A stretch of DNA of 64,000 nucleotides from an uncultured Planctomycetota bacterium (GCA_963823665.1 CAWGMQ010000003.1:1696001-1760000); one strand, 5' to 3'. Positions 18,528 to 29,202 are shown, counted from the first letter of the stretch. Numbers and translations are program-made. The notes: a model not told the origin generated them from the letters alone.

Positions 18528-21129
18528 ATGCTGGCCTTGGCTGCCCCCCTGCTCTCTGCCATCCTGCTGGCGCAGCCCGTGCCGGAAGGCAAAGTCGCCG
18601 GCACCGTCGTTGACGAGCAGGCCAAACCAGTCGCCGGTGTCCAGGTCGTGCTGTACGCGCCGCCAATCGGCAACTTCAAGGGCGATCCGGTCGAGGCAAG
18701 ATCCCAGACCGACCCAGCCGGCCGATTCGATTTCACGGCGCCGCCGCTGGGCCGAATCTACCGGCGCGGAGTCCACATCTGCGCATTCAAAGCGGGATTC
18801 GCCATCGCTGCGGTCGAGTTTCAGCTCAACAAACCGCACCAGATCGTGCTCCGCAAACCCGAGACTCGCCGCGTGCGGGTCGAAGGGCCCGACGGCAAAC
18901 CGGTCGCGGGCGCACGCATCGAAGCCGCGTCTGATCTCGTTCTCAGGCGGAACGGGCACCGCCGATATCCCGGCCTCGCTAGCCTCTCCTCTGGCCGCGA
19001 CCACCGGAGCCGACGGCACCGCGACCCTCGCTTTCCTCCGCGATCGCGATCGTCTCGTGGCAGCACGCTTGAGAGCGGACCCAGTCGGCGAGCAAGACCT
19101 GCCCGTTGCGGAGGTAACCGCGGCAGGTAAAGCCCCATCCACCTTCGAGATCAAGCTCAAGAAGACCGGCCGGCTCACGGGCCGTATCGTTGACCTCACC
19201 GGCCGCGGTGTCGCCGGTCAAGCCGTCGAGATCTGGTCCAGAGGTGCCTCCGGCGGGTTCATTCCCAATCCAGTCGGCTTCACTAACGGTCCGCCCAGAA
19301 CGGGATCCGACGGCGCCTTCCAGACACCTGCAAATCTCCTGATCGGCTCATCCTACCGGGTCGTCATTCGCGAGCCCGGCAACGAGCCGATCATCTCCGA
19401 TTTCTTCCCGGTCACCGAGGATTCCGTCGCGATTCCCACCCTCGAGCTGCGACCACTGCGCACCGTTTCCGGCCGGGTGGTCGACCGGCAGGGTAATCCC
19501 GTTCCGGACGTCGAAGTCTTCCAATCGGGCGATGGTCCCAAGCGAACGTCTGTCCGGACCGACGGCTCGGGTCGCTTCGCGCTCGGAGGGTTCCCGATCG
19601 GAACCGCCTACGTCTTTGCTCGCGGCGAGGGCTTCCGATTCCACGGCAAGCTGCTCAAGCCAGGCGAAAAGGAGGTTCACGGTCGAGCTCACGCGGTCTA
19701 ACGAGCGACCCGCACTCGGGCTGACCAAGCTCCCCGACCCGATCCCGATCGAAGAATCACGCGCCATGGCCCGCCGGATCATGGAGCGGTGGTGGAACGC
19801 CGCCGTCGAAAAAAGAGACGAAGGCGGCAAGTTCTTCGTCATTCAATTTCTCCTGCCGGCCGACCCCCTCGGCGCGATGCAGAAGATGAGTGCCGTCAAG
19901 TTCTCTTCGGAGAAGCTGCGCGGAGCCGACTTCACAGCCTCGTGGCCCGCGCCGTGGCCCGCACGGATTTCGAGGAAGGCGAGACCCTGGCCGAGTCGAT
20001 CGCCGACCCGGGCATCCGCGCCGGAACGCTCGCACACCTTGCCGACTTGCTCCCCTCGCGCGAGAAACAACGAAAGCTCGCGATCCTCGAGCGTGCCCTG
20101 ATCCAGGCCAGGGCGACGAACAGGCCGAATACCCGCGTGTACCAGTCCGGCGAGGTTGCCGGCCGTCTGCTCGAGCTCGGCGAGACGTCAAAAGCCCGCG
20201 CCCTCTTCGCCGAGGCACTTGCACAAGCAAAGCAGTCGAAGGATGTGTCGTTCGGACGACGAGCCTTCACCGCGATGCTCGCGCGCATCGACCCGGCCGG
20301 AGCGATCGAGATGGCCAAGCAGGTTGCCGACGACCAGCTCTACGGGCCGCTCGCGCTCTCAAGCGTCGCGTTCGGCCTGCCGTGGGACAAGCCGGCCGAG
20401 GCCGATCGGTTCCTTAGCCTTTATCCCCCTGACAAGCCGCCGAGCTGGCTCGAGCCCGTGATCGCCTGGAAGATCGCAACGCTCGATCCCGCCCGTGCGC
20501 GGAAACTGATCGAATCCCAGCGTGGCGAGCCCGATTATGTGCAGCACGCTTTTTGCGTGGCCCTGGGAGCGAAGGGGCGAGACGAGCCCACCATGAACGC
20601 CGCCGTTCTCGGCGGGTTTGCAAGATCTCGATCGCGTGCTCGACAAGGAACCGCACATGCTGATGCAATACGGCGGGGCGGTACTGGCGATCGCCGAAGC
20701 CATCGACCCCGCCCTTGTGCCGGAGGTGATGTGGCGCCTGGTCTCCGCCCGGAACTTCCCCGGCAATCCGCGGGTCGTCGGGCGCCTATTCTCCGATGCC
20801 GCTCGTCGAGTGCATCGCCTGGTACGACCGGGCGCTTGCCGCCGCGCTCCTCGAGCCCACTCTGGCGCGCATGGACAAGATCAGCGATGCCGAGCTCGGT
20901 GGATTGGGACTGGGCATTCGAAACCTGGACCCTCATCGACCCCCGCGCCGCGGTCGCCCGACTTGAAAAGATCCCGATGCAGAGCACCAACCCGAACGAC
21001 AACCGGCTCTGGATCTACGTCGTCGAGAAGCTGGCCCTGGACCACGACGAGCGCTGGCGAAAGACCTTCAACCAGTGGGAACCCATCTTCAACCCCCACG
21101 TCCGCGATTTCATGCTTGATCGCTTCTGA
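18528..21129 (+). CDS. Secreted paralogue B2 (several frameshifts, near 18930, 19675, 19920 and 20610-20900)
   Basis: AAGGAG RBS, ATG 18528 MLALAAPLLSAILLAQ; pieces colinear with B1 (EESRAMARRIMERWW, STNPNDN, WIYVVEKL); ends VRDFMLDRF. Confidence 0.8.
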
Positions 21130-21138
21130 CCTCCAAAG

Positions 21139-22485
21139 TCAAAAAGTCCACCCCTCCTTCCGCTTCATCGCCTTCTGACAATATTCAATCATCCTTTCAA
21201 TATCGATGCTGCCCGAGGTATCCGGAATTTCATCCGGACAGCTCGCTTCCCCGGACGGCAATCCCAGCTCCTGGCGAAGCGGATCGCGATACCGCTTGAG
21301 CCACGACAGCCGCCGATTCGGATCGGAGAAAGCAAGCAAATAGTCGCAGCCGCACTCCGCCAGCGCGCGCCGCAGCTCCGGGTCGTCGCCCAGGTCCGAA
21401 CAGGCAAGCGTGAAAAAGTTGTCGAGCTTGAAATACTCGATGTCCCTTCGTGACAGACCAAGCTTATTTCGCAAACATTTCGCCTCGGGTGTGCCTTGCA
21501 TCGTGAGAAAGAGAAATGTCTTCACGAACACAAAGTCCGCGTAAAGCTCCACCACAAAGTATCCCACCTTCCTGTCGGGCTCGCCCACTTCGACGAGAAA
21601 GGCGTCGACACCTTCCGCGCGGTGAAGCACGGGCCGCGCCAGTGCCTCGATCATGGACCTGTGCAACACGCTGCGGTCCAGGACGATGGGTACCCGCTCA
21701 TGCAACCTTCGGATCGCATGTTCGCTCACGTAAACCGGCAGGTCGCGGTCGTTGTCGCCGATTCCGATCACGGTCGGGTTCCATAACAATCGTCGCGTTG
21801 TGCCGTCCACCGGATCGGATCGTTCACAAAGGTAGGCTCTGCGCCGCCCTTCCGCCACCGGCAACGAAAGCGGAAGCGGCCGTTTCCTTCCCACAACGAT
21901 TCGGAACGCGGGCCGGGCCGGATATCGGGGGTTCTGTTCGACTCGACACCAGACAACTCGCTCATCGACGCGCAGGAAGAGATCGGCTGCTCTGTTCAAC
22001 TGCCGCGTGACTCTCCGGAAAACATTGTTGAGGTGGTGTTTTTCGAAATGAGCCATCCGCCGCTGCGATTCCTCGAGACGCTCGATCATTGCCGGCTTGA
22101 CGGGCTCTTTTCGTTTGGGCGCATGCTCGCCCAGGAAATACACGAGGTCCCGGACGTTCACCAGCCCTCGAAAAACGTCGTCGAGCGAGACTTCGCAGTC
22201 GTGGCCGTCAAGCTTGAAGCGCAGCGGCATCGCCACCGCTCGTTCGAATAGTGCCTTCACTTCCTCGATTTCCGGGTCGTCTTTCGAGCACTCGGAAATA
22301 TCCACGTCGATTCGGGGCGCGATCACGAACAGGATCGAGGACCTCGGCAGCCAGTCGAGAGGCGTGAAGACCGATTTCAGCCCGAATAGATCGAGCAGCC
22401 GCTCGATAACGTCATACCTGCGGTCATCAGCCTGCCGCCGCTTCGCTTCCTTGTGACGCAGCTTTTGCTTTTTGGTTTTTTTCAT
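21139..22485 (-). CDS. Uncharacterised cytoplasmic protein (about 448 aa)
   Basis: Long open frame with globular composition; motifs PVYVSEHAIRRLHER and KTFLFLTMQGTPEA. Start placed at ATG of MKKTKK. Confidence 0.75.
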   Translation of the reverse strand: MKKTKKQKLRHKEAKRRQADDRRYDVIERLLDLFGLKSVFTPLDWLPRSSILFVIAPRIDVDISECSKDDPEIEEVKALFERAVAMPLRFKLDGHDCEVSLDDVFRGLVNVRDLVYFLGEHAPKRKEPVKPAMIERLEESQRRMAHFEKHHLNNVFRRVTRQLNRAADLFLRVDERVVWCRVEQNPRYPARPAFRIVVGRKRPLPLSLPVAEGRRRAYLCERSDPVDGTTRRLLWNPTVIGIGDNDRDLPVYVSEHAIRRLHERVPIVLDRSVLHRSMIEALARPVLHRAEGVDAFLVEVGEPDRKVGYFVVELYADFVFVKTFLFLTMQGTPEAKCLRNKLGLSRRDIEYFKLDNFFTLACSDLGDDPELRRALAECGCDYLLAFSDPNRRLSWLKRYRDPLRQELGLPSGEASCPDEIPDTSGSIDIERMIEYCQKAMKRKEGWTF

Positions 22486-22547
22486 GATCGATCGGGCCTG
22501 GTTATTGCGATTTCCGCCAAACCAGGCAAGATCGATTTCAGGTGCGA

Positions 22548-23312
22548 TCAAGCCGTCGCCCCGCCGTCCACCACGAAAACCTGGCCGGTTACGAACGAAG
22601 CTTGATCGGAAGCGAGGAAAACCGCTAAACCCGTGACATCCTCCGGCTGCCCCAGCCGCCTGATCGGCTGCGCGCCCACTAATTGCTGACGGCGCGACTC
22701 GTCTTCCCAGAAATAAGCACTGAAATCCGTTTGAATCAAGCCAGGCGCCAGCGCGTTGACCCGAATGCCATGCACCCCAAACTCGCGCGCCGAGGAGCGC
22801 GTCATCATGATCAGACCCGCCTTCGTGAAGCTGTACAGCATCCCCATCGGTTGGGGTCGCAGCCCGGATATCGAGCTCACGTTGATGATTGACCCGACGC
22901 GCCGATCCTCGATCATCCGCGGCACCGTGAGCCGCACCAACCGCAGCGCCGCCTTGATATTGATCTCGATCATCTTGTCCAGCATCTCATCCGTGACATC
23001 CAGCGACGCCCCCTGCCCCACATTCGTCGCGCTATTGTTCACCAGAATATCAACCGGACCCAGCCGGCCCTCGGTCTGCTTCACGAGCGCCTCGACTTGC
23101 TCCACTCGTCCCAGGTGGCAAACGATCGGAACCACTTTGCCCGCAAGATTCGCCAGTTCTTCCGCCGCGGCATCCAGGTTCTCTTTCTTGCGGCTGGCAA
23201 TCACGACATTCGCTCCCGCCTCCGCAAGCCGCCCTGCAATCGCCTTGCCGATTCCGCGGCCGCCGCCGGTTACGAGCGCAACCTTGCCGGTCAAGTCAAT
23301 CGCGTTGCTCAT
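22548..23312 (-). CDS. SDR-family oxidoreductase (DHRS4/FabG-like)
   Basis: [19 protein letters not shown] catalytic motif, [18 protein letters not shown]. Confidence 0.95.
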   Translation of the reverse strand: MSNAIDLTGKVALVTGGGRGIGKAIAGRLAEAGANVVIASRKKENLDAAAEELANLAGKVVPIVCHLGRVEQVEALVKQTEGRLGPVDILVNNSATNVGQGASLDVTDEMLDKMIEINIKAALRLVRLTVPRMIEDRRVGSIINVSSISGLRPQPMGMLYSFTKAGLIMMTRSSAREFGVHGIRVNALAPGLIQTDFSAYFWEDESRRQQLVGAQPIRRLGQPEDVTGLAVFLASDQASFVTGQVFVVDGGATA

Positions 23313-23336
23313 AGTGACTCCTTTGCCCCATATGCG

Positions 23337-24407
23337 TCAAAACCGCCGGGTATCGATCGCACGCACCGCACCGAGCCCCAGCGCGGCAACCAGTTTGTTG
23401 AACCCGGCAAACCGCGGGTCCTTGGTCATTCCACGAACATATCGGGCGTAGATCTGCTGCGCGATCACGGCGACCTTGAATAGACCGCAAACGTAACAAA
23501 ACAGCATGCTGGAAACATCCCGGCCCGTCATCCGGGCGTAGCGCTCGACAATCTCCAAACGGCTCAGGCTGCCGGGCGCCTCGGTCGGCCCGACGATGTG
23601 GAAGTGCAGCGGCTCGGGATCGGACGCCTGGGTCCAGTACGCAAGAGTTGTCCCGAGATCCATGAGCGGATCGCCAATCGTGGCCATTTCCCAGTCGAGC
23701 AGCGCCACGATGTGCGTCAAGTCCGCCGGATCCAGCACGAGATTGTCGAACTTGAAATCGTTGTGAATCAAGCTCGATCCGCCCGATTCGGCCGGAATGT
23801 TCTCGGCCAGCCAAGCCGCAGCTCGCTCCACATCGGGCATCTCGTCCGTGCGGGCGTCTTGATAACGCTTGATCCAGCCTGTCACCTGGCGTAGGGCATA
23901 TCCTTGCGGCTTGCCCAGCTCGGCCAACCCCGCCGCGCCATAGTCGAGCGCATGCAGCTCGGCCATGCGATCGACCAGGGTCTCGCAAAGCCGCCGGACC
24001 AGCTCGGGGGCCAGCGGGCGGTCAGCCGAAGGCGACCCGCGCAAGATCACCCCGCGGCGGCGCTCCATCAGATAGAACGGAGCGCCGAGGACCGATTCGT
24101 CCTCACAATGAAGCACAGGCTGCGGGGCAAGTGGATAAACGGTGTGCAGCCGCGACAGGATGCGATACTCGCGGCCCATGTCGTGCGCCGTCTTGACCCG
24201 GTTCCCGAACGGCGGACGCCGCAGCACCCATTCATCGGCCCCGACCTTGATCAAGTAAGTCAAGTTCGAGTGCCCGTGCAGGAACTGCTCGACGGAAACC
24301 GGCTCATTGGCGCGTGGAAGGTGCGCGGCCAGATAGGCGCTCAGTTTCTCGATGTCGAGCTGCTCGCCGTCACGCACCGGCCGCGCCTGGTCGATCGAGA
24401 AGCTCAT
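23337..24407 (-). CDS. APH-family phosphotransferase (ACAD10/11 kinase-domain / LvaA-like)
   Basis: QFLHGHSNLTY, VLRRPP, AHDMGREY, LIHNDFKFDN, LDWEMATIGDPLMDL. Confidence 0.93.
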   Translation of the reverse strand: MSFSIDQARPVRDGEQLDIEKLSAYLAAHLPRANEPVSVEQFLHGHSNLTYLIKVGADEWVLRRPPFGNRVKTAHDMGREYRILSRLHTVYPLAPQPVLHCEDESVLGAPFYLMERRRGVILRGSPSADRPLAPELVRRLCETLVDRMAELHALDYGAAGLAELGKPQGYALRQVTGWIKRYQDARTDEMPDVERAAAWLAENIPAESGGSSLIHNDFKFDNLVLDPADLTHIVALLDWEMATIGDPLMDLGTTLAYWTQASDPEPLHFHIVGPTEAPGSLSRLEIVERYARMTGRDVSSMLFCYVCGLFKVAVIAQQIYARYVRGMTKDPRFAGFNKLVAALGLGAVRAIDTRRF

Positions 24408-25605
24408 GCGCCACCTCGCTGGTAGCCGTGTAAGATTCGCTTGGTCACCACCACCTTGTGCACTTCATCAGGGCCATCGTAAATGCGGGCCGCGCGCTCC
24501 TGGCGATAGAACCAGGAGAGAACCGTGTCGTCGCTGATCCCGAGCGCCCCGTGAACCTGGACGGCCCGATCGACCACTTCCTGCATCACGCCCGCAACGT
24601 GGAACTTGATCAGCGAGATCGCTTCGCGGGCCCCGGCCATCCCCTGTGTGTCGATCGTCCAGGCCGCATGCAGCACCAGGAGCCGCGCCGCGTCGATGGC
24701 CGCCCGGCTTTCGGCAATCCAGCCCTGCACAATTTGCCGGCTACCGAGTGTATCGCCGGGGGCCAGCTCACGCGACGCGGCCCGACCGCACATAAGCTCA
24801 AGCGAGCGCCGGCACACCCCGATCCAGCGCATGCAATGCTGAATTCGCCCTGGTCCAAGCCGGGCTTGTGCCATGGCAAACCCTTGTCCTTCTTCGCCCA
24901 GCAGATTCTCTCGCGGCACGCGGCAATCGTTGAAGAGTAGCTCGCCGTGGCTCGCCCAATCGTCGCCAGCGTGCCCCATGCACGAAATGTTGCGCACGCG
25001 GCGGAAGCCGGGTGTGTCGGTCGGGACGATGATCATGCTCGCGCGCGATGGGGATCGGCATCGGCATCGGTCACCGCCATCACAATCGCGAACCGCGCCC
25101 CATCGGCCGCCGAGGCAAACCACTTGCGACCGTTCAATACATACTCGTCGCCCTGTCGCTGCGCCGTCGTTCCCATCCACACCGGGTTCGACCCCGGATG
25201 GTCGGGCTCGGTCATGGCAAAGCAACTGCGAATCTCGCCCGCGACGAGCGGTAGCAACCAGCGCTCTCGCTGCGCAGGCGTGCCAAACTCCCGGAGGATC
25301 TCCATATTGCCCGCGTCCGGCGCCTGGGCATTGAACGCGTAATGCCCCAGCGGGCTGCGACCGAGTTCTTCACCCACCAGGGCATACTCAACGCAATTAA
25401 GCCCGAGCCCAGCGCAATCCTTCGGAACGTGCGGCGCCCATAAGCCCATCTGCTTGACCTGCTGGCGAACCCGGTTGAGCGAAGGGACGAGCTGCGCGAA
25501 CGGCCCCGACAAGAGCGCCGGCTCGAGGGGAATCACTTCACTCTCGATCAGCTTGTGCACCCTGGGCAGCACGTCTTCGATCGATCGCGGTATCGAGAAG
25601 TCCAT
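24404..25605 (-). CDS. Acyl-CoA dehydrogenase (ACAD11/LvaC-like; frameshift near 25050)
   Basis: APDAGNMEIL, IRSCFAMTEP, LNGRKWF, QARLGPGRIQHCMR, ARIYDGPDEVH; 4-nt overlap with the kinase gene. Confidence 0.93.
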
Positions 25606-25985
25606 GGCGCGCCTCACGCGACGGGTCAGGGGCCCGACGAAATCGATCGACCCTCCCCGCAGCAATTCGACGTCCGTGAGAAGGTCCGCATTAGCCGTGC
25701 AGATGGCCCACCAGAGGTTACTCGTTTGGCGCACTTTGGGAAACCACCTCACCCCCCCGTCCGCCGGATAAAGTCTCGAGCGTTCGTCAAGTTCATGACG
25801 ATGGGCGACCGCCGGGCGAGCGACGTCTCCACCGGTCCCATTATTCTCCGAATCCGGAAAAGTTTTCGTTGACTGCCGATCTTTCCAGATTAATGATGGA
25901 GAGGTGGTGAAACGACCGACGTGAGGCGTTCACTGATTCCACTCTGAGTTGGACCTGTTCTCGGTGATCTCGCGAGGAATTCACA

Positions 25986-26372
25986 ATGGTAATGGTCAGA
26001 ACGGTGCCGTGTCCGACGTGGGGCGGGATTACTCTTCCACCAGGTATACTCCAGCCGAACACCCAGTACCCTTTCATCGTTTATGGCTCGGGCCTTCATG
26101 CTGCCTACGTTGCCGGCGCCATCTTCAGCCCTCTAATCGTCGACTATAACAATCTCTCGTCCCTGTCGTGGGGAAGCTACTCATACGAGCCCCCTGTACC
26201 GGGCAGCGGGGGTGGTCAGGACCAATTGACCATCTACTCGAGCTACACGGTGGCGTCGGGCACAACGCCGAATCCCAGCGGCATCCTGACGATCACAGTC
26301 ACAATCACGTCTCCGCCCAATACCTGCGGCATCGGGAGTTGGCCGAACCAAGAGGTGACTTATAGTGTCTAA
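25986..26372 (+). CDS. Small Ser/Thr/Pro/Gly-rich, predicted all-beta hypothetical protein
   Basis: GAGGA RBS; protein-like composition with beta-strand patterns (LTITVTIT); no family recognised. Confidence 0.6.
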   Translation: MVMVRTVPCPTWGGITLPPGILQPNTQYPFIVYGSGLHAAYVAGAIFSPLIVDYNNLSSLSWGSYSYEPPVPGSGGGQDQLTIYSSYTVASGTTPNPSGILTITVTITSPPNTCGIGSWPNQEVTYSV

Positions 26373-26392
26373 CGAGCGTGATTCCGCACCGA

Positions 26393-28879
26393 TCAGGGCT
26401 TGGATGCGTCTCTTGAGCGGATCTCGTCCCGACCGCGAGTCGCGGCGTCGAGCAGATTCCGATACATCGTGACGCGGGGAAAGGCCTCGACCAGGCTCGA
26501 CGACTCTGCGATGGCATGCTCGAAGTGGTCCGTGGCCAGGGATCGGCGCTCGGAATCCGACGCGAGCAGCAGTCCGAGTTCGAGCTCCGCCTGCGAGCGT
26601 GCATACGATATGCTCGGTAGCAACGCGGGAACGTTTTTCTGGGACGGCGAGGAGGCCGCGCCGAGTTGCTTCAGAATCGATTTCGCAACGTCGATCGATT
26701 GCCGAAGCCGCTGCTCGGCCTGCTTGGGATGGCCGGATTGCCGCAGTGCTTTGCCCCAGTTGTCGAGCGCCAGTAATAACAGGGTCGCATTACGCGCTCC
26801 ATCGGTCGGGTGCCCCGTCAAGCCGCCGAAGATCCGCGCCGCGATCTCGGCCGAGCGACAAGCTTCGTCCGTCTGCCGCAGGTCGATCTGCACCTGCGCG
26901 AGGCACAACAGGCCCATGGCCCGCGCCAGATAGCAGTTTTGGTCGTTGGGCCTCCGTTTGAGCAGCCGATCAGCGATGGCCACGGCGCCCAAGCAGGTTT
27001 GCTCTGCCTTCTGCAATTCGCCTTCCGCGCGCTCGAATTCACCCCGGTCCGCCAGGGTCAACGCGAGATTGAGCTCGTCGTTCATGTCCCCGGGGAATTC
27101 GGCGAGAAGTCGTTCGCCAAGCGCGATCGATTGGCCGTACGACCTGGCGGCGTCCTTGGGCAAGTTGAGCATGCGCTCGATGTTCGCCACCTTGCGGTAG
27201 GTCAAAGCCGCCTCGCGAATGACGGCCGGGTCGCGTGGTCGCTGCCGGAGAATACGTTCGTTGAACTCCGACACGTCCTTTGCCACATGGAGCCGCAGCT
27301 CCTCCGCTTGCGGCACGGCCGCCAGCGGTCCTTCCGCGGCCTCCGAAAGCACCCGATTCACCGCCTCACGAGCCAACACGAAATTATCCTCCGCAACGGC
27401 GCGCTCTCGCCCGACGCGCACCACGTCCACGCATAAGCCGATCACGACACACACCACCAGCACTGCTGCGGCGGCCACGAGCGGCTTATGGCGTCTGATC
27501 CAGCGGCCGAGGCGGACGAACAGAGGTTCTCGATAAACCGAGACGGGCGCGTCGGCGAGCCATCGCTCGATATCTTCAGCCAGGGCTCGGGCTGTCTTGT
27601 AGCGGTGCTCCGGCTCAAGCGCCATCGCCTTGAGGCACACGGCCTCGAGCGCCGCCGGAACAGCCGCCTCGAGCTCTCGCGGCTTGCGGAAACCCCCCGA
27701 GCGAACCTTCGTGAGTATGGACACAGCATCGTTTGACTCACCCTGGAATGGGGCCTTGCCGGTGAGTAGGCAATAGAGCGTCGCACCCAGCCCATAGATG
27801 TCGCTGGCAAAGCTCACCCGCTCAATAGCACCGGAGGCTTGCTCGGGGCTCATGTAGCTGGGCGTTCCGACTGCCCCCACAGTTGGTGTCCCCTGATCAC
27901 TTCGGCTCGAGAGTCGTGACGTTATCTCGCGCTCGTCCGCCGCTACCTCGGGCCGGCCAATCGATTTCGCCAGTCCCCAGTCGACCACCAGCGTCTCACC
28001 ATACGGACCGAGCATGATGTTCGCGGGCTTGATGTCGCGATGGACGACGCCCCGATTGTGGGCATACGAGATGGCGTTGCACACATCCAGGAACCTCCTC
28101 AGGAGGTTCGGCAGCGCGAGAGCCGGCGCAGCAGCGTCTCCGCCCGAGTTGCTCCTCTCTGCGTGGTGCCTGGCAATCGCCGTCCTGAGACTTTCGCCCT
28201 CGATGAACCGCATGGCGTACTCGGGCCGGCCGTCGCCAAACTTGCACAAGCCGTACACGGGGACAATGCCCGGATGCTCGAGTCTCCCGGTGATCTCAGC
28301 CTCTCTGACGAATCGCACGCGACAATTGGGGTCGCACGCGGCTTCATCCTTCATTCGCTTGAGTGCGACATCGCGATTCAGCTCCTCGTCCCGAGCGACA
28401 AAGATCGCGCCAAGAGCCCCCTCGGCGTGAAACCGCAGAATGCGGAATCGGCCGCCGGACCGCGCAGACACCTCCGGTTCGTACGACACCGTGCCATCGC
28501 TCGCATCGGTCGTACCAAGAGGGTCGTAACTGTCCTCTGGCAACTTCACAGTCGAGAGCAGGCCGAGCGTCTCCTGGGCATCCGGGTCAAGGCTCCGCTC
28601 GAGCTCGGACCGCACGCGATCGTGGAGGCCCAGCGTTGCCACCACCCAGCGCTCCAGCCTCCGGCCGTCGTCTTGCCGATGAACCGCCACGAGTGCATCG
28701 ATCGCATTCTTCCGGTCTTGATCGAGATCACCGCAAGCGACGAGGTACGCCGCCAGCGATTGGCTTTTGTCGCGCTCCCAGCCATGAAACGCGGTGACCA
28801 GGCCCGATTGGTCAATGAATCCGTTCTGCAGCGCAACGAGACCGAACAGCAGATCGCGGTTCACTTCGCCTTTGGCCAT
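26393..28879 (-). CDS. Hanks-type Ser/Thr protein kinase with hydrophobic segment and TPR-like C-terminus
   Basis: DLLFGLVALQNGFI N-terminus, VALK, LEHPGIVPVY, HRDIKPAN, VVDWGLAK, GTPSYMSPEQA, SDIYGLG. Confidence 0.95.
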   Translation of the reverse strand: MAKGEVNRDLLFGLVALQNGFIDQSGLVTAFHGWERDKSQSLAAYLVACGDLDQDRKNAIDALVAVHRQDDGRRLERWVVATLGLHDRVRSELERSLDPDAQETLGLLSTVKLPEDSYDPLGTTDASDGTVSYEPEVSARSGGRFRILRFHAEGALGAIFVARDEELNRDVALKRMKDEAACDPNCRVRFVREAEITGRLEHPGIVPVYGLCKFGDGRPEYAMRFIEGESLRTAIARHHAERSNSGGDAAAPALALPNLLRRFLDVCNAISYAHNRGVVHRDIKPANIMLGPYGETLVVDWGLAKSIGRPEVAADEREITSRLSSRSDQGTPTVGAVGTPSYMSPEQASGAIERVSFASDIYGLGATLYCLLTGKAPFQGESNDAVSILTKVRSGGFRKPRELEAAVPAALEAVCLKAMALEPEHRYKTARALAEDIERWLADAPVSVYREPLFVRLGRWIRRHKPLVAAAAVLVVCVVIGLCVDVVRVGRERAVAEDNFVLAREAVNRVLSEAAEGPLAAVPQAEELRLHVAKDVSEFNERILRQRPRDPAVIREAALTYRKVANIERMLNLPKDAARSYGQSIALGERLLAEFPGDMNDELNLALTLADRGEFERAEGELQKAEQTCLGAVAIADRLLKRRPNDQNCYLARAMGLLCLAQVQIDLRQTDEACRSAEIAARIFGGLTGHPTDGARNATLLLLALDNWGKALRQSGHPKQAEQRLRQSIDVAKSILKQLGAASSPSQKNVPALLPSISYARSQAELELGLLLASDSERRSLATDHFEHAIAESSSLVEAFPRVTMYRNLLDAATRGRDEIRSRDASKP

Positions 28880-29039
28880 GATTGGCGATGCTCCCGGGTG
28901 TCGGCGCGTTCCGATTGCGCCGTCGCGCGGACATCACTGCGGAAAGGCTCGTGCCTCTCAAGTCGGAACGCTCGATTCTTGGATTGTACACCACTCCTCC
29001 ATTCGCATCTCCATTCCGGCGTCACACAGCACCACGCCA

Positions 29040-29175
29040 TTTCCCCAAGCTTGACCTTCTTCACGATGCCCATCGGGGAGATCTGGGCGAGAAAAGGTGG
29101 ATCCGTTACATATTTTTCGGTGAACCAGAAGTTTCCGTCCGCCCCGGCAGCGAACGAAGCGACGGGATAGGGCGC
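29040..29175 (-). pseudogene. Remnant of one Vgb (virginiamycin B lyase-like) beta-propeller blade
   Basis: Minus frame reads APYPVASFAAGADGNFWFTEKYVTDPPFLAQISPMGIVKKV, with no start codon before an upstream TAA. Confidence 0.55.
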
Positions 29176-29202
29176 TCGAATTGTGGAGTCAGCGAAAGAG
29201 AC

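Noticed and set aside
9132..21129. Diversity-generating retroelement acting on the paralogues
   Set aside because: No reverse transcriptase in the window and no near-identical TR/VR pair with adenine-specific differences.
25869..25897. Sigma70 promoter for the small orphan gene
   Set aside because: TTGACT is present but there is no convincing -10 at 16-18 nt spacing.
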